Shown here one piece after another: positions 9,296 to 18,788 of a DNA stretch of 64,000 bases. The translations under genes were made by a program, and so were the position numbers. Origin of the DNA: Nostoc sp. (GTDB lineage Bacteria; Cyanobacteriota; Cyanobacteriia; Cyanobacteriales; Nostocaceae). Location of the stretch: contig JBALDB010000002.1 in NCBI GenBank assembly GCA_036918135.1, positions 160,001 to 224,000 on the forward strand, in the 5' to 3' direction. The notes below the pieces were generated by a model. It saw only the letters and a program-made list of their open reading frames with translations, had not been told where the DNA came from and did not search any database. The first letter of the stretch is position 1. Each line of letters starts with the position of its first letter.

Positions 9296-10564
9296 CTAAT
9301 TTCCGCCGAATCCTTTAGAAATTTTAGGAGTTTGGCGCTTTTTAAAACTTTCAGAATTTTTAGTAGCGAAAATCCATTGCAAATGCTGTGGTAATAATTT
9401 TGCCAAATCGTAATGCTTGAGAATTGTTGCTCGCGCGTTGGCACGAATTGCATTCATTTCCTGAGGATAATTTAGGGCTTCCTCAACCCTATTAGCAATA
9501 TTTTGAGGAGAAAAGAAATCTACCAGCAGTCCATTAATTCCATCTTGTACAACCTCTAACACTGGCGCAGTCTTGGAAGTCACTAGCACGCATCCCACGG
9601 ACATTGCTTCTAACATTGACCATGATAAAACAAAAGGACGAGTTAAATAAATATGTGCAGAAGAAGCTTGTAATACCTGAAGATACTCATGGTAAGGTAG
9701 GCTGTCTGTAAAGTGCAGCCTTGATAAATCTAAAGATAATTTTTCCAGCATTAATTGTTTATAAGTTTTGCCATCAGGAAGATTTTTCCCATAAGCAACT
9801 CTATCTTCTCCCACAACTACTACATGGCACTTAGGCCGCCGCTGCTGAATTAACGCTACGGCTTCCATAAACTGGGGAAAACCTCTATAAGGTTCCATTC
9901 CTCGTCCTACATAAGTTACTAACTCCTCTACATGGGAAAGGTCGAGATTTATTCTTGGTAAAACTAATTTTGCGCTTGGTTTGGGAGCAAAATATTTTGT
10001 ATCAACGCCATCATGACATACTGTGATTTTATTCTGAAATTCTTTAGGAAATTGTTGCCGCTGCCAATGAGTAGGAGAAAGTCCGCGATCGCAACTATAT
10101 AAATCAGTTAAAATTGGTGCATTTTTCACGCGAATTCGACATATATCATCAACATTTAATGGGTCGCTAGGATCGAAATCTGCGTCAGAACCGCGAGCAT
10201 GGTAAAACCACTCGAAATAACACAACAATTCTGCTTTGGGAAATACATCTTTCATAAACAAAGTCGGCCCCCAACCAGAATGACCGTAAACTATATCTGG
10301 AACGAAACCCTCAGCTTTTAATTTTTCTCCAATCCGATAAACAGCTTGACCAGTGAGTACAGCATTTTCCAAGCTGCGAACGTAATGGTGGGTTTGGGGA
10401 GCAGCTTCACGAGAAGGAGTATAAATAGCTTTATAAACACCAGATATTTCTCCTTCTCGACGATTTGTACCAAAGACAACTTTGCAATTATTATCCTTAC
10501 CCAAAAATATTGCCAGATTGCGAAACTGCGCGGGAAAGTTGGGATGTAAAAATAAAATTTGCAT
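9296..10564 (-). CDS. Glycosyltransferase family 4 (DUF3495-type N-terminus)
   Basis: HPNFPAQF, GHSGWG, YFEWFY, RGMEPYRGF and PFVLSWSMLEAM motifs. Confidence 0.92.
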   Translation of the reverse strand: MQILFLHPNFPAQFRNLAIFLGKDNNCKVVFGTNRREGEISGVYKAIYTPSREAAPQTHHYVRSLENAVLTGQAVYRIGEKLKAEGFVPDIVYGHSGWGPTLFMKDVFPKAELLCYFEWFYHARGSDADFDPSDPLNVDDICRIRVKNAPILTDLYSCDRGLSPTHWQRQQFPKEFQNKITVCHDGVDTKYFAPKPSAKLVLPRINLDLSHVEELVTYVGRGMEPYRGFPQFMEAVALIQQRRPKCHVVVVGEDRVAYGKNLPDGKTYKQLMLEKLSLDLSRLHFTDSLPYHEYLQVLQASSAHIYLTRPFVLSWSMLEAMSVGCVLVTSKTAPVLEVVQDGINGLLVDFFSPQNIANRVEEALNYPQEMNAIRANARATILKHYDLAKLLPQHLQWIFATKNSESFKKRQTPKISKGFGGN

Positions 10565-11048
10565 ATAAATAATTTTAATTTTTGTATTTTAAAATAAAAT
10601 AGTAGTCAAAATTGACAATTTAGAATTTGTCATTATTCTAATATAGTAGTATCTAACAATTATATTTGATTTACGAAAATTAAAAGTAATATATTTCCCA
10701 ACTCTTAAATAATTCGGGTATATTTTCTTTCGTTAAAAATTAATTATAGCTATTTTGATTCATTATAATTTATCTCAATTCTTCAACAATTCTAACTGCT
10801 AATTGTCACAAGGTTTTTCAGATTATTAAGATTTTTAAAATATATTTTTGTAATTAAATATTAGTTTACCTAAATTATTCTTGAATACCTATACTAAATT
10901 ACGTTCATAAATAGCATCTAGAAATGAAGTAACATCTTCCTAATCCCCCTCATCGAATGCAACTCGATATCAGCACTTGTAACCGAGCGCTGTTTTAGCG
11001 AACCGTTGCCCGAAAATGCGAAAATAATCACAAATTTGGGTGATGACC

Positions 11049-11780
11049 ATGAAATTTATTGGTATTGATTTAGGTTGGAAATCGCAACCAAGTGGACTTT
11101 GCTACTTAGAATGGATAAATGGACAACTGCAACTACTCGAATTAGACCGCAAAGAAGCCATTGCAGATATCCTGAGGTGGATTGATGAGTGCATACAACC
11201 AGACGAACCAGCTATTATTGCTGTAGATGCACCTACCCTCATACCCAACGAAGGTGGAAGTCGCCTTCCAGACAAACTCACCCACAAATACTTTGGTAAA
11301 TATCATGCTGGATGCTACCCAGCTAACAAAAACCTACCCTTCGCCGATCGCACTATCAACTTTGGCTTAGAATTAGAATCTCGCGGCTATGTACACGCAC
11401 CCACCATCGAACCCCAAAAACTTGGCAGATATCAAATAGAAGTCTTTCCCCATCCAGCAATTGTTCATCTATTTAACTTAGAACGCATCCTCAAATACAA
11501 AAAAGGACGCCTTAGCGAACGTCGCTTAGAATTAATCAAACTTCAAAATTATCTTCTCAATATCCTCCCCTCTCTTTCTCCTGCTGTGCGTCTGGACGAT
11601 TCATTTTTTTTGGAAATTCCAACCACAGGCGCAGCCCTGAAAGCAATTGAAGATAAACTAGATGGTCTAATTTGCGCTTACGTTGCTGCATACTGGTGGT
11701 ATTGGGGAGAACAACATAATTTAGTACTTGGCGATCGCACTACTGGCTATATTGTGATTCCTCAAAGGATTTTAGCTTAA
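11049..11780 (+). CDS. DUF429 family protein (RNase H-like fold, predicted nuclease)
   Basis: FIGIDLGW, AVDAP, IEVFPH, EDKLDGLICA and GYIVIP motifs. Confidence 0.85.
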   Translation: MKFIGIDLGWKSQPSGLCYLEWINGQLQLLELDRKEAIADILRWIDECIQPDEPAIIAVDAPTLIPNEGGSRLPDKLTHKYFGKYHAGCYPANKNLPFADRTINFGLELESRGYVHAPTIEPQKLGRYQIEVFPHPAIVHLFNLERILKYKKGRLSERRLELIKLQNYLLNILPSLSPAVRLDDSFFLEIPTTGAALKAIEDKLDGLICAYVAAYWWYWGEQHNLVLGDRTTGYIVIPQRILA

Positions 11781-11905
11781 AATGGGCATTGCAGAAATTG
11801 GAATTTTATTTCACCCAGAGGCAACAGAGTCCGCACAACAGAAGTGTTAGATTATTAGGTAATAAAGCCGTAAACCTACTCTCCAGTTCTTTTTACCGAG
11901 GTTTT

Positions 11906-12379
11906 ATGCAAGGAGTTAATTCTAATTTGAGTTTAAAAGAGCTTTATGAAATTGATGAGCATCTGTGGTTAGAGGAAACAATAAAATTATTGAAAGCTAA
12001 TCATTTAGAAGAATTAGATTTAGAAAATTTAATTGAGGAATTAGAAAATTTGGGTCGGAGAGACAAAGCCAGGGTTGCTAGTTTACTATAACAACTGATT
12101 AGACATCTTTTATTATTGCAATATTGGACGGAAGAATCTCAATATAATTCTGGACATGGGAGAGCAGAAATTAGAAGTTTTAGGACTCAATTAAAATGTA
12201 ATTTGACAACAAATCTATATCAATTTTTAGAAAAAGAATTGGCATCAATTTATGATGATGCTTTAGGATATGTTATTGAGAAAACTGAAGGCAAACTAGA
12301 TGATTTACCTCAATCTTGCACTTATACCTTAGAACAGCTATTAGATATTAATTATCTATCTGAAAATTATGTAGAATAA
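11906..12379 (+). pseudogene. DUF29 family protein with an internal nonsense codon
   Basis: LYEID..LWLEET, LDLENLIEELENLGRRD, then TAA at 12089-12091; the same frame continues QLIRHLLLLQYW...LPQSCTYTLEQLLD. Confidence 0.88.
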
Positions 12380-12514
12380 CAGACGAGACGCTTAGCTTTT
12401 TGTTTAAGAAGCTGATTTTTGCGATTGTCCCAATTAAATCGCATTTTTTGCTCAACGATTTCTGATAATTTTACTAATGATTATACTGCAAGAGACATCC
12501 GGATTTACTTTAAT

Positions 12515-12545
12515 AAAAGGCGTTGCTATTAAATCAGCAACGCCT
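12515..12545 (-). terminator. Intrinsic terminator of glgP
   Basis: AGGCGTTGCT-8 nt-AGCAACGCCT perfect stem with an A-run on the left (U-tail on the minus strand). Confidence 0.75.
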
Positions 12546-12577
12546 AATCTTAAGTATTTAAAAAGTATTCACTAGCC

Positions 12578-15142
12578 TTATTCTGCCCAAGCAATCAACC
12601 TTGGCTCATAGGGATTAGCCAGGTGTTCATTTTTTGGCAATACCCGCAAAGATAAGCCTTGCAAACCAGAGTGAGTGTAGGTAATATTAGCCGTGTAACT
12701 ACTCAATCCTTGGCTATCTTCACCTTGGTAATCCATTACCACTGGTACGGCGTTGACAATATCACCATTGGCATCGATCGCACCTTGATATAACTCTACC
12801 TGCACATCATTATTAACCAAAGTTGCCAAGTCAACTTTAGCTTTCACAGCCACAGTTTGGTTAACTTCAATATCCGCAGGTGTGGATACATCGATATCTT
12901 TGATTTTGATGTTGAACCAGTGTTCGCCGAGTTTTGCTTTCCAAGCGGCTAGTTCTTTGGCTGGGGCATAGTTCTCAACTGTCAGGGTATGATAGCGATC
13001 GCTAGCTGGAAAATAAGCCCTAAGAGCATATTCTCCTACCATCCGCGCTGTATTAAAAAATGGACAATTCAAGCGAATTGCATCTTTCATTTTGGCAACC
13101 CACGGACGCGGTAAGCCATCACTATCGCGATGTTCATAAAATAGCGGTACAACTTCCTTCTCTAGCAAATCGTAGAGGGCGTTTGCTTCTACTTCATCTT
13201 GATAGTTAGGATCGTCGTAATTTTCTCCATGTCCAATTGCCCAGCCTGTGCGGACATAATCAGCTTCATCCCACCAACCATCTAGGACACTTAGATTCGG
13301 CAATCCATTCATTGAGGCTTTCATGCCACTAGTACCAGAGGCTTCCCGTGGACGACGCGGCGTATTTAACCAAATATCACAACCTGCTACCATCAACCGT
13401 GAGATGTGAATGTCGTAATTGGGAACAAACACTACCTGCTTTTCTAAATCCTGTTCGCGGATGAAGTGATTGATGTCCCGGATTAGTTCTTTACCAGGAA
13501 TATCTTTAGGATGTGCTTTACCAGCAATCACAAATTGCACTTTTCGGTTTTTATTGGTTAATAAAATCTGCTTGATGCGTTCTACATCGCGCATCCAAAG
13601 CGTAGCACGTTTGTAGGTGGCAAAGCGACGAGCAAAGCCGATGGTGAAAGCGTAAGGATCTAAAACTTCTTGGGCTTGGACAATTTCTGAGGGCGAAGCG
13701 CCGCGATCGCGTAAATGCTTCACCAAATGATCTCGCACAAACAATATCATGTCTAGCCGACAGCGTTCGTGATTCCGCCACAATTCTTCATCGGGTATGG
13801 CGTCCATCCGCTCCCACAGTGGGCTATCTACTGGTGCTGATGACCAATTTGGCCCCAGATAGCGATCGTATAACTCTTGAGTTGATTTAGCAACACAACT
13901 GCGAGCGTGAACACCGTTGGTAATGGCAGCGATGGGTACTTCCTCCACTGGCACTTTCTTCCACAAGCCTTGGAACATTTGCCGCGATACTACGCCGTGC
14001 AGTTGTGCTACACCGTTAGAAAATGTTGCCATTTTCAACGCCAGCACTGCCATACTGAAAGGCCCAGATAAATCGCCTGTATTTTCGCGTCCCAGTCCTA
14101 AAAATTGTTCTTTGGGCAAACCAAAGATTTCTGCATAGTATCCCAGATAATACAAAATTTTATCAGGGGCAAACAAGTCAATGCCTGCTGGTACTGGCGT
14201 GTGAGTGGTAAAGATATTGCTAGAAGCCACTACTTGTTTGGCTTCGGCATAATCCAATCCCTCTTCTTGAATCAGCAGCCGGATACGTTCTAGGGCAGAG
14301 AAGGCGGCGTGACCTTCATTCATGTGGTAAGCGGTTACCTTCAACCCTAAAGCTTTGAGCATTTGCACGCCACCGATCCCCAGCATCATTTCCTGGTGGA
14401 TACGCATGTCGATATCGCCACCATAGAGTTGGTCAGTGATATCGTGGTCGTAAACGTTGTTCGGTTCAATGTTGGTGTCTAGAAGATATAGAGGCACCAT
14501 TCCCACCTGTACGCGCCAAACTCTGGCGTACACCTTGCGCCCTGGATAGTCTACTGCAATTCGCAGTTCTGAACCATCTGGATTGCGTTCTGGGTGCAAG
14601 GGCATATTGTAAAAATCGTTGATGGGGTAGCGTTCTTGCTGCCAACCATCAGCATTGAGATACTGGGCAAAGTAACCTTGCTGGTAGAGTAAACCTACAC
14701 CTACAAGTGGTAGCCCCAAATCACTGGCTGATTTGAGGTGATCCCCCGCCAGAACGCCCAAGCCTCCAGAATAAACGGGCAAACAATCTACAAGTCCAAA
14801 TTCCGCCGAAAAATAGGCGTAACATTCTTTTGGCTTATGTTCGCGTTGTTTTTGATACCAAGTGCGCTCTTGGAAATAATCTTCTAATTGACGGTTAGCT
14901 CGATCCATTTGCGCTAGGAAGCCTTCATCTTCGACAACTTCCAAAAGCCGCGCTTGAGAAATAGTACCCAGCATCAACACCGGGTTATGATGGCTAGATT
15001 CCCACAGGTCAGAATCTAAGCGGCGAAATAAATCTTTAGTCTCAACGTTCCAATCCCAGTGCAAGTTATATGCCAGCCGCCGCAGCGGTTCGAGTCGCGG
15101 CGGTAGTGAAGGGGAGACGTTGAATGTGCGAATTGGCTGCAT
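12578..15142 (-). CDS. glgP: Alpha-glucan (glycogen) phosphorylase
   Basis: YSGGLGVLAGDH, MNEGH, FARRFATYKR and EASGTSGMK (PLP site) motifs; ATG at 15142 follows a GGAG. Confidence 0.96.
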   Translation of the reverse strand: MQPIRTFNVSPSLPPRLEPLRRLAYNLHWDWNVETKDLFRRLDSDLWESSHHNPVLMLGTISQARLLEVVEDEGFLAQMDRANRQLEDYFQERTWYQKQREHKPKECYAYFSAEFGLVDCLPVYSGGLGVLAGDHLKSASDLGLPLVGVGLLYQQGYFAQYLNADGWQQERYPINDFYNMPLHPERNPDGSELRIAVDYPGRKVYARVWRVQVGMVPLYLLDTNIEPNNVYDHDITDQLYGGDIDMRIHQEMMLGIGGVQMLKALGLKVTAYHMNEGHAAFSALERIRLLIQEEGLDYAEAKQVVASSNIFTTHTPVPAGIDLFAPDKILYYLGYYAEIFGLPKEQFLGLGRENTGDLSGPFSMAVLALKMATFSNGVAQLHGVVSRQMFQGLWKKVPVEEVPIAAITNGVHARSCVAKSTQELYDRYLGPNWSSAPVDSPLWERMDAIPDEELWRNHERCRLDMILFVRDHLVKHLRDRGASPSEIVQAQEVLDPYAFTIGFARRFATYKRATLWMRDVERIKQILLTNKNRKVQFVIAGKAHPKDIPGKELIRDINHFIREQDLEKQVVFVPNYDIHISRLMVAGCDIWLNTPRRPREASGTSGMKASMNGLPNLSVLDGWWDEADYVRTGWAIGHGENYDDPNYQDEVEANALYDLLEKEVVPLFYEHRDSDGLPRPWVAKMKDAIRLNCPFFNTARMVGEYALRAYFPASDRYHTLTVENYAPAKELAAWKAKLGEHWFNIKIKDIDVSTPADIEVNQTVAVKAKVDLATLVNNDVQVELYQGAIDANGDIVNAVPVVMDYQGEDSQGLSSYTANITYTHSGLQGLSLRVLPKNEHLANPYEPRLIAWAE

Positions 15143-15639
15143 AGGTTGGCAAAACTCCAAGTTTAGCTATGGTTATTGTTTACTTTATTTACCAATGTTG
15201 CCAATTCTTTATAGTGTATTTTGTGAAAAAGCGATGACTTTGTTAAGCATTGAAAATTTTCTTAACCTCGTTGCACAGTTTACGCGAAGGTATTTTTTAT
15301 TCTATGCGTTACGATAAGCCATGTACTTGGTATATTAAAATTTAATCATTTACTGGCATGTATTCTGGAAAAGAATTTAGTTTTGAAGAAATTATTTAGC
15401 TTTTTTTTAGTATTTATTTAGGGGATCAATTTCCGCGCCTTGACTGAGGCTAATAATTTATCATAGCCAATCCGATAAGCTGGAAAAATTTTAATTATTT
15501 TTTAATAAATCTGTGCTGCTCTAGAGTCGTGATGATGAATAGATTAAGGTTAACCTAAGTTTATGCGCTCGCACGAGATTGGTTCATCTAGCCGGAAACG
15601 ATCGCTGACGAAAACTCTAGCAAGTATGTTATAAAAAAA

Positions 15640-15668
15640 GCGATGTTTACGACGGGCTACGCCTACCC
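15640..15668 (+). mobile_element. Small dispersed repeat inserted in a HIP1 site
   Basis: GCGAT + 21-nt GTTTACGACGGGCTACGCCTA + CCC (CGC expected for an intact HIP1). Confidence 0.6.
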
Positions 15669-15725
15669 TAATTTCTTGGTATCAAACATTGATACTACAG
15701 TTAGAAAACAATTTAATATTTTATT

Positions 15726-16049
15726 TTATGCCCCTAATGAAGGCTGATCCTTAGTATTTTTTGACATTGAGAGAGCTACAGCTGCTGCATAAGCAATCTC
15801 CGCCGCCATTTGATAAGCAAGTTTAATGCTTGATGAAGCGTCTTTAGTTTTAGGAGGAGGGGAAACTTTTTTCCGGCGGGATTCTTGCTTGACATCACCC
15901 GCGACAACCGCTCGCTGTAATAAGATCCATGCATCTAGATCTTCGGAATCATAATCACTTTCAATCAGCGATCGTATTTTGTCTTCAGCTACAATACTCA
16001 GATAACCAGTGGCGAGAGCTTCTTCTACAATTTCTTTAATTAAAGCCAT
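15726..16049 (-). CDS. Small conserved cyanobacterial hypothetical protein
   Basis: IKEIVEEALATGYLS..AE...L....YD.EDL.A...LQ.A...G.V.QESR pattern; ATG at 16049. Confidence 0.7.
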   Translation of the reverse strand: MALIKEIVEEALATGYLSIVAEDKIRSLIESDYDSEDLDAWILLQRAVVAGDVKQESRRKKVSPPPKTKDASSSIKLAYQMAAEIAYAAAVALSMSKNTKDQPSLGA

Positions 16050-17409
16050 AGTTTCAATCAAGTGTGTGAGTTAAAAATGATACCTCAGCTTGAGCATTGC
16101 ATCTTACTTTGTCAACTTTGACCCGAAACTGAGATCCGTTTTAGCTTTAAATAAAATTTATAACAAGCAATAGCAAGCACGCATCACCCGCTTGGTTCAC
16201 CCAAATGGGTGATTTACAAATTTGAAGACATAAGTAATAGGGAAGAAGATAATTTTTAGATTTTTGCTTTTATCAAAAAGAGGGTGTAATTAAGTATAGT
16301 AGATATCATTCTGAATTTAACATCTAATCAAAAATCTGTTTGGGGATAAGTAACGGTATAAATATCGACACCAAACTGAGAAACTGATATTAGGTATTGC
16401 AAAACAGGGAATAGGTGATTAATTCTTCTGTTTCATCTCCTCATTGCTTAATTAGCGAACGCTTCCGTCAAAAAATTAGCTGCTTTTCATCAGTAAATAG
16501 CCTAGAAAACAACTAATTTAATAAGATTGCTCCACTAAAAATAAAATGTGTTATCGTTAAAAACAATTCTGATTAAAAGCCATTCATCTGATTACAAAGG
16601 TGAATTTGTTAGTCCGTAAATCATCCGTGTGCAACATGATTGGAGCAGCATACCCTAGAAATTCGTTGCAAGAAAGCCGTCATAGCAGTCGGGGAAGCGC
16701 TTACTTGTTTGCACCGATGGTTAACTTCAATGTGATGGCTGATGTGGGAGATAATCCACCTTAATTGAATTGGATTTTATTCGGGTATAAGTGCCAATCA
16801 AAATCTAACAATAATTACATAATCCTGCTGGACAGAAATTGTCTCTATTTTTGAGAGAGTCTAGTCAAATGTATTTTTGTTGCAAGATAGCTTGTAGGAC
16901 TGAGTTGTTTTAAAATACTAAAACTGTCTGCGAATAAGTAGCCTTTGGGTAAATGACTCTATCCATAGTCGCGTCAGCAAGCTTTTCAAATTTCCTGATA
17001 ACCAAAAAAGTAGCCTATCTTAACTAGCAAATATTTTCATCAGACAATTAAATTGTCTAAGTTTTGACTCTGCAATGCACTGATATTGTTTTGTTTATTC
17101 ACTCTTGTGAAAAACAAGCAAAATTGTTACGTAAGATTGATACATAAGCTTATAGTAACCAAGGTAATTTTGCATATCATTTGAGTGACTCTACACACCT
17201 AAGTAAAAGAATTGCTCATAGAGTCAAATCCAGACTCTGGTTTTTTTCAAATTGAAAAACCATCTAAAAAATCTGGGAAAATATTAAGTACTACGTTAAT
17301 TATTGGTATTAATACATACTAATTATTTTAGTATGAGCAGGAGATTAGGATACAACCCAAAAAAAGCTTCAAAACTGTCAACAAAACTTGATTGAAGAGA
17401 TATGTAACC

Positions 17410-18117
17410 ATGCATAACGAGCAATATTCCTCAAAATTGCAACGCGCGCAAGAACTTTTAGTAACTACGGTATTAGGAGATATTCCGACAGTTATTTTAG
17501 GACCAAAGTTGCGTAATTTAGGATATCGTACTATTTTTGCTCAAATAGGCAGCCCAGTTTATATTCAAAATGGTGTTGAATTTAACGGTACTTCTTGTAT
17601 TGAAATTGGCAATGGAGTATATATTTTCCAAGGCGTGCGGATGGATGCTAGAGGAGACAAAAATAATAGAATTCGTCTAGGAAATAGAGTCGCTATCGAA
17701 CGTTACACTGACATTGGGTGTTTGTCAGATACGTATATACATATAGATGAAGACACCTTCATTGGCCCCAACGTATGTATTGAAGGGCCAGGAGACATTA
17801 AAATTGGCAAACACTGTATGATTGCTGCTCATTCAGGGATATATGCCAATAATCATAATTTTGCCGATCCCATCGAGCCAATGAAATACCAGGGTGTGAC
17901 TTGCAAGGGAATTGTGATTGAGGATGACTGCTGGCTAGGACATGGAGTAACAGTATTAGATGGCGTTACCATTGGTAGAGGCTGTGTAATTGGTGCAGGA
18001 GCAGTTGTCAATAAAGATATTCCTCCTTTCTCGGTTGCTGTAGGCATACCTGCACGAGTCATCAAAAAGCGAATTGGCAAGGATTTAGCAAAACTTCAGG
18101 AGAAATCAGGGTGTTGA
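17410..18117 (+). CDS. Hexapeptide-repeat (left-handed beta-helix) acyltransferase
   Basis: IVIEDDCWLG, VTIGRGCVIGAGAVV.KDIPP and AVGIPARVIK motifs. Confidence 0.9.
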   Translation: MHNEQYSSKLQRAQELLVTTVLGDIPTVILGPKLRNLGYRTIFAQIGSPVYIQNGVEFNGTSCIEIGNGVYIFQGVRMDARGDKNNRIRLGNRVAIERYTDIGCLSDTYIHIDEDTFIGPNVCIEGPGDIKIGKHCMIAAHSGIYANNHNFADPIEPMKYQGVTCKGIVIEDDCWLGHGVTVLDGVTIGRGCVIGAGAVVNKDIPPFSVAVGIPARVIKKRIGKDLAKLQEKSGC

Positions 18118-18163
18118 CTAGTGACTAATGACTGGTGAGTGTTGAGTGTTGACTGGGGCATGG
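18115..18163. repeat. STRR heptamer tract
   Basis: TGACTAG TGACTAA TGACTGG TGAGTGT TGAGTGT TGACTGG. Confidence 0.75.
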
Positions 18164-18490
18164 TAAGTGTTCTGTATCACCTCTACTTTTTTGGGAAACT
18201 TATGGTGTGAGTAAACGTCATAAGAATAGCCAGTCTTTAAGTTATTTTTTAGGGACATCTATCAAGTCAGACACGCACCATTTTCAGTAAACTTGGGCAA
18301 ACAGGGAGTACTGAATTTAGAGTTAGTATTATCTTCTGTGCCACTCATCTCCCAGCGTTCCCCAGTCAACAGTCAACAGAATATCGTCTCAAAAAGGGAC
18401 GAGATGTGGGTAATATAAAGTAGCTACCTTTTCTGCATGGCAGATACTCAAAGAAAAGCTCTCTTTGTCATACCCGTTGGAGATATTTGT

Positions 18491-18607
18491 ATGGTGACTT
18501 TAAAAATCATTGTTTATATTGTTGTTGCCTTCTTCGTAACTATCTTCGTCTTCGGATTTTTATCGAACGATCCAGCTCGTAACCCTGGCCGTCGGGACTT
18601 GGAGTAA
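18491..18607 (+). CDS. psbI: Photosystem II reaction center protein I (below the ORF track size cut-off)
   Basis: Translates as [38 protein letters not shown], with the [11 protein letters not shown] signature and a GGAG upstream. Confidence 0.97.
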   Translation: MVTLKIIVYIVVAFFVTIFVFGFLSNDPARNPGRRDLE

Positions 18608-18659
18608 AAGAGCGATAAATCATCCACGACTTTGGAAGGCGGAAGATACTCAACGCCAC

Positions 18660-18692
18660 GGAAACTTACTGCGCTAAAGTTAGTAAGTTTCC
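18660..18692 (+). terminator. Hairpin downstream of psbI
   Basis: GGAAACTTACT-11 nt-AGTAAGTTTCC perfect stem; no clear U-tail. Confidence 0.5.
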
Positions 18693-18788
18693 TGCTCTAG
18701 GTAGCAGAAGGCGACAGTCGGAAGGCAAAATGTATATTCATCCTTTTGTTCGTCATTTGGCTGTTTGTTAGCTCAGTTTTGCTCAAAT

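Noticed and set aside
11789..11905. N-terminal extension of DUF29
   Set aside because: Family-like sequence begins only at the ATG at 11906, which follows a GAGG.
17131..17143. NtcA box upstream of the acyltransferase
   Set aside because: The spacer is 7 nt (GTA-N7-TAC), not 8.
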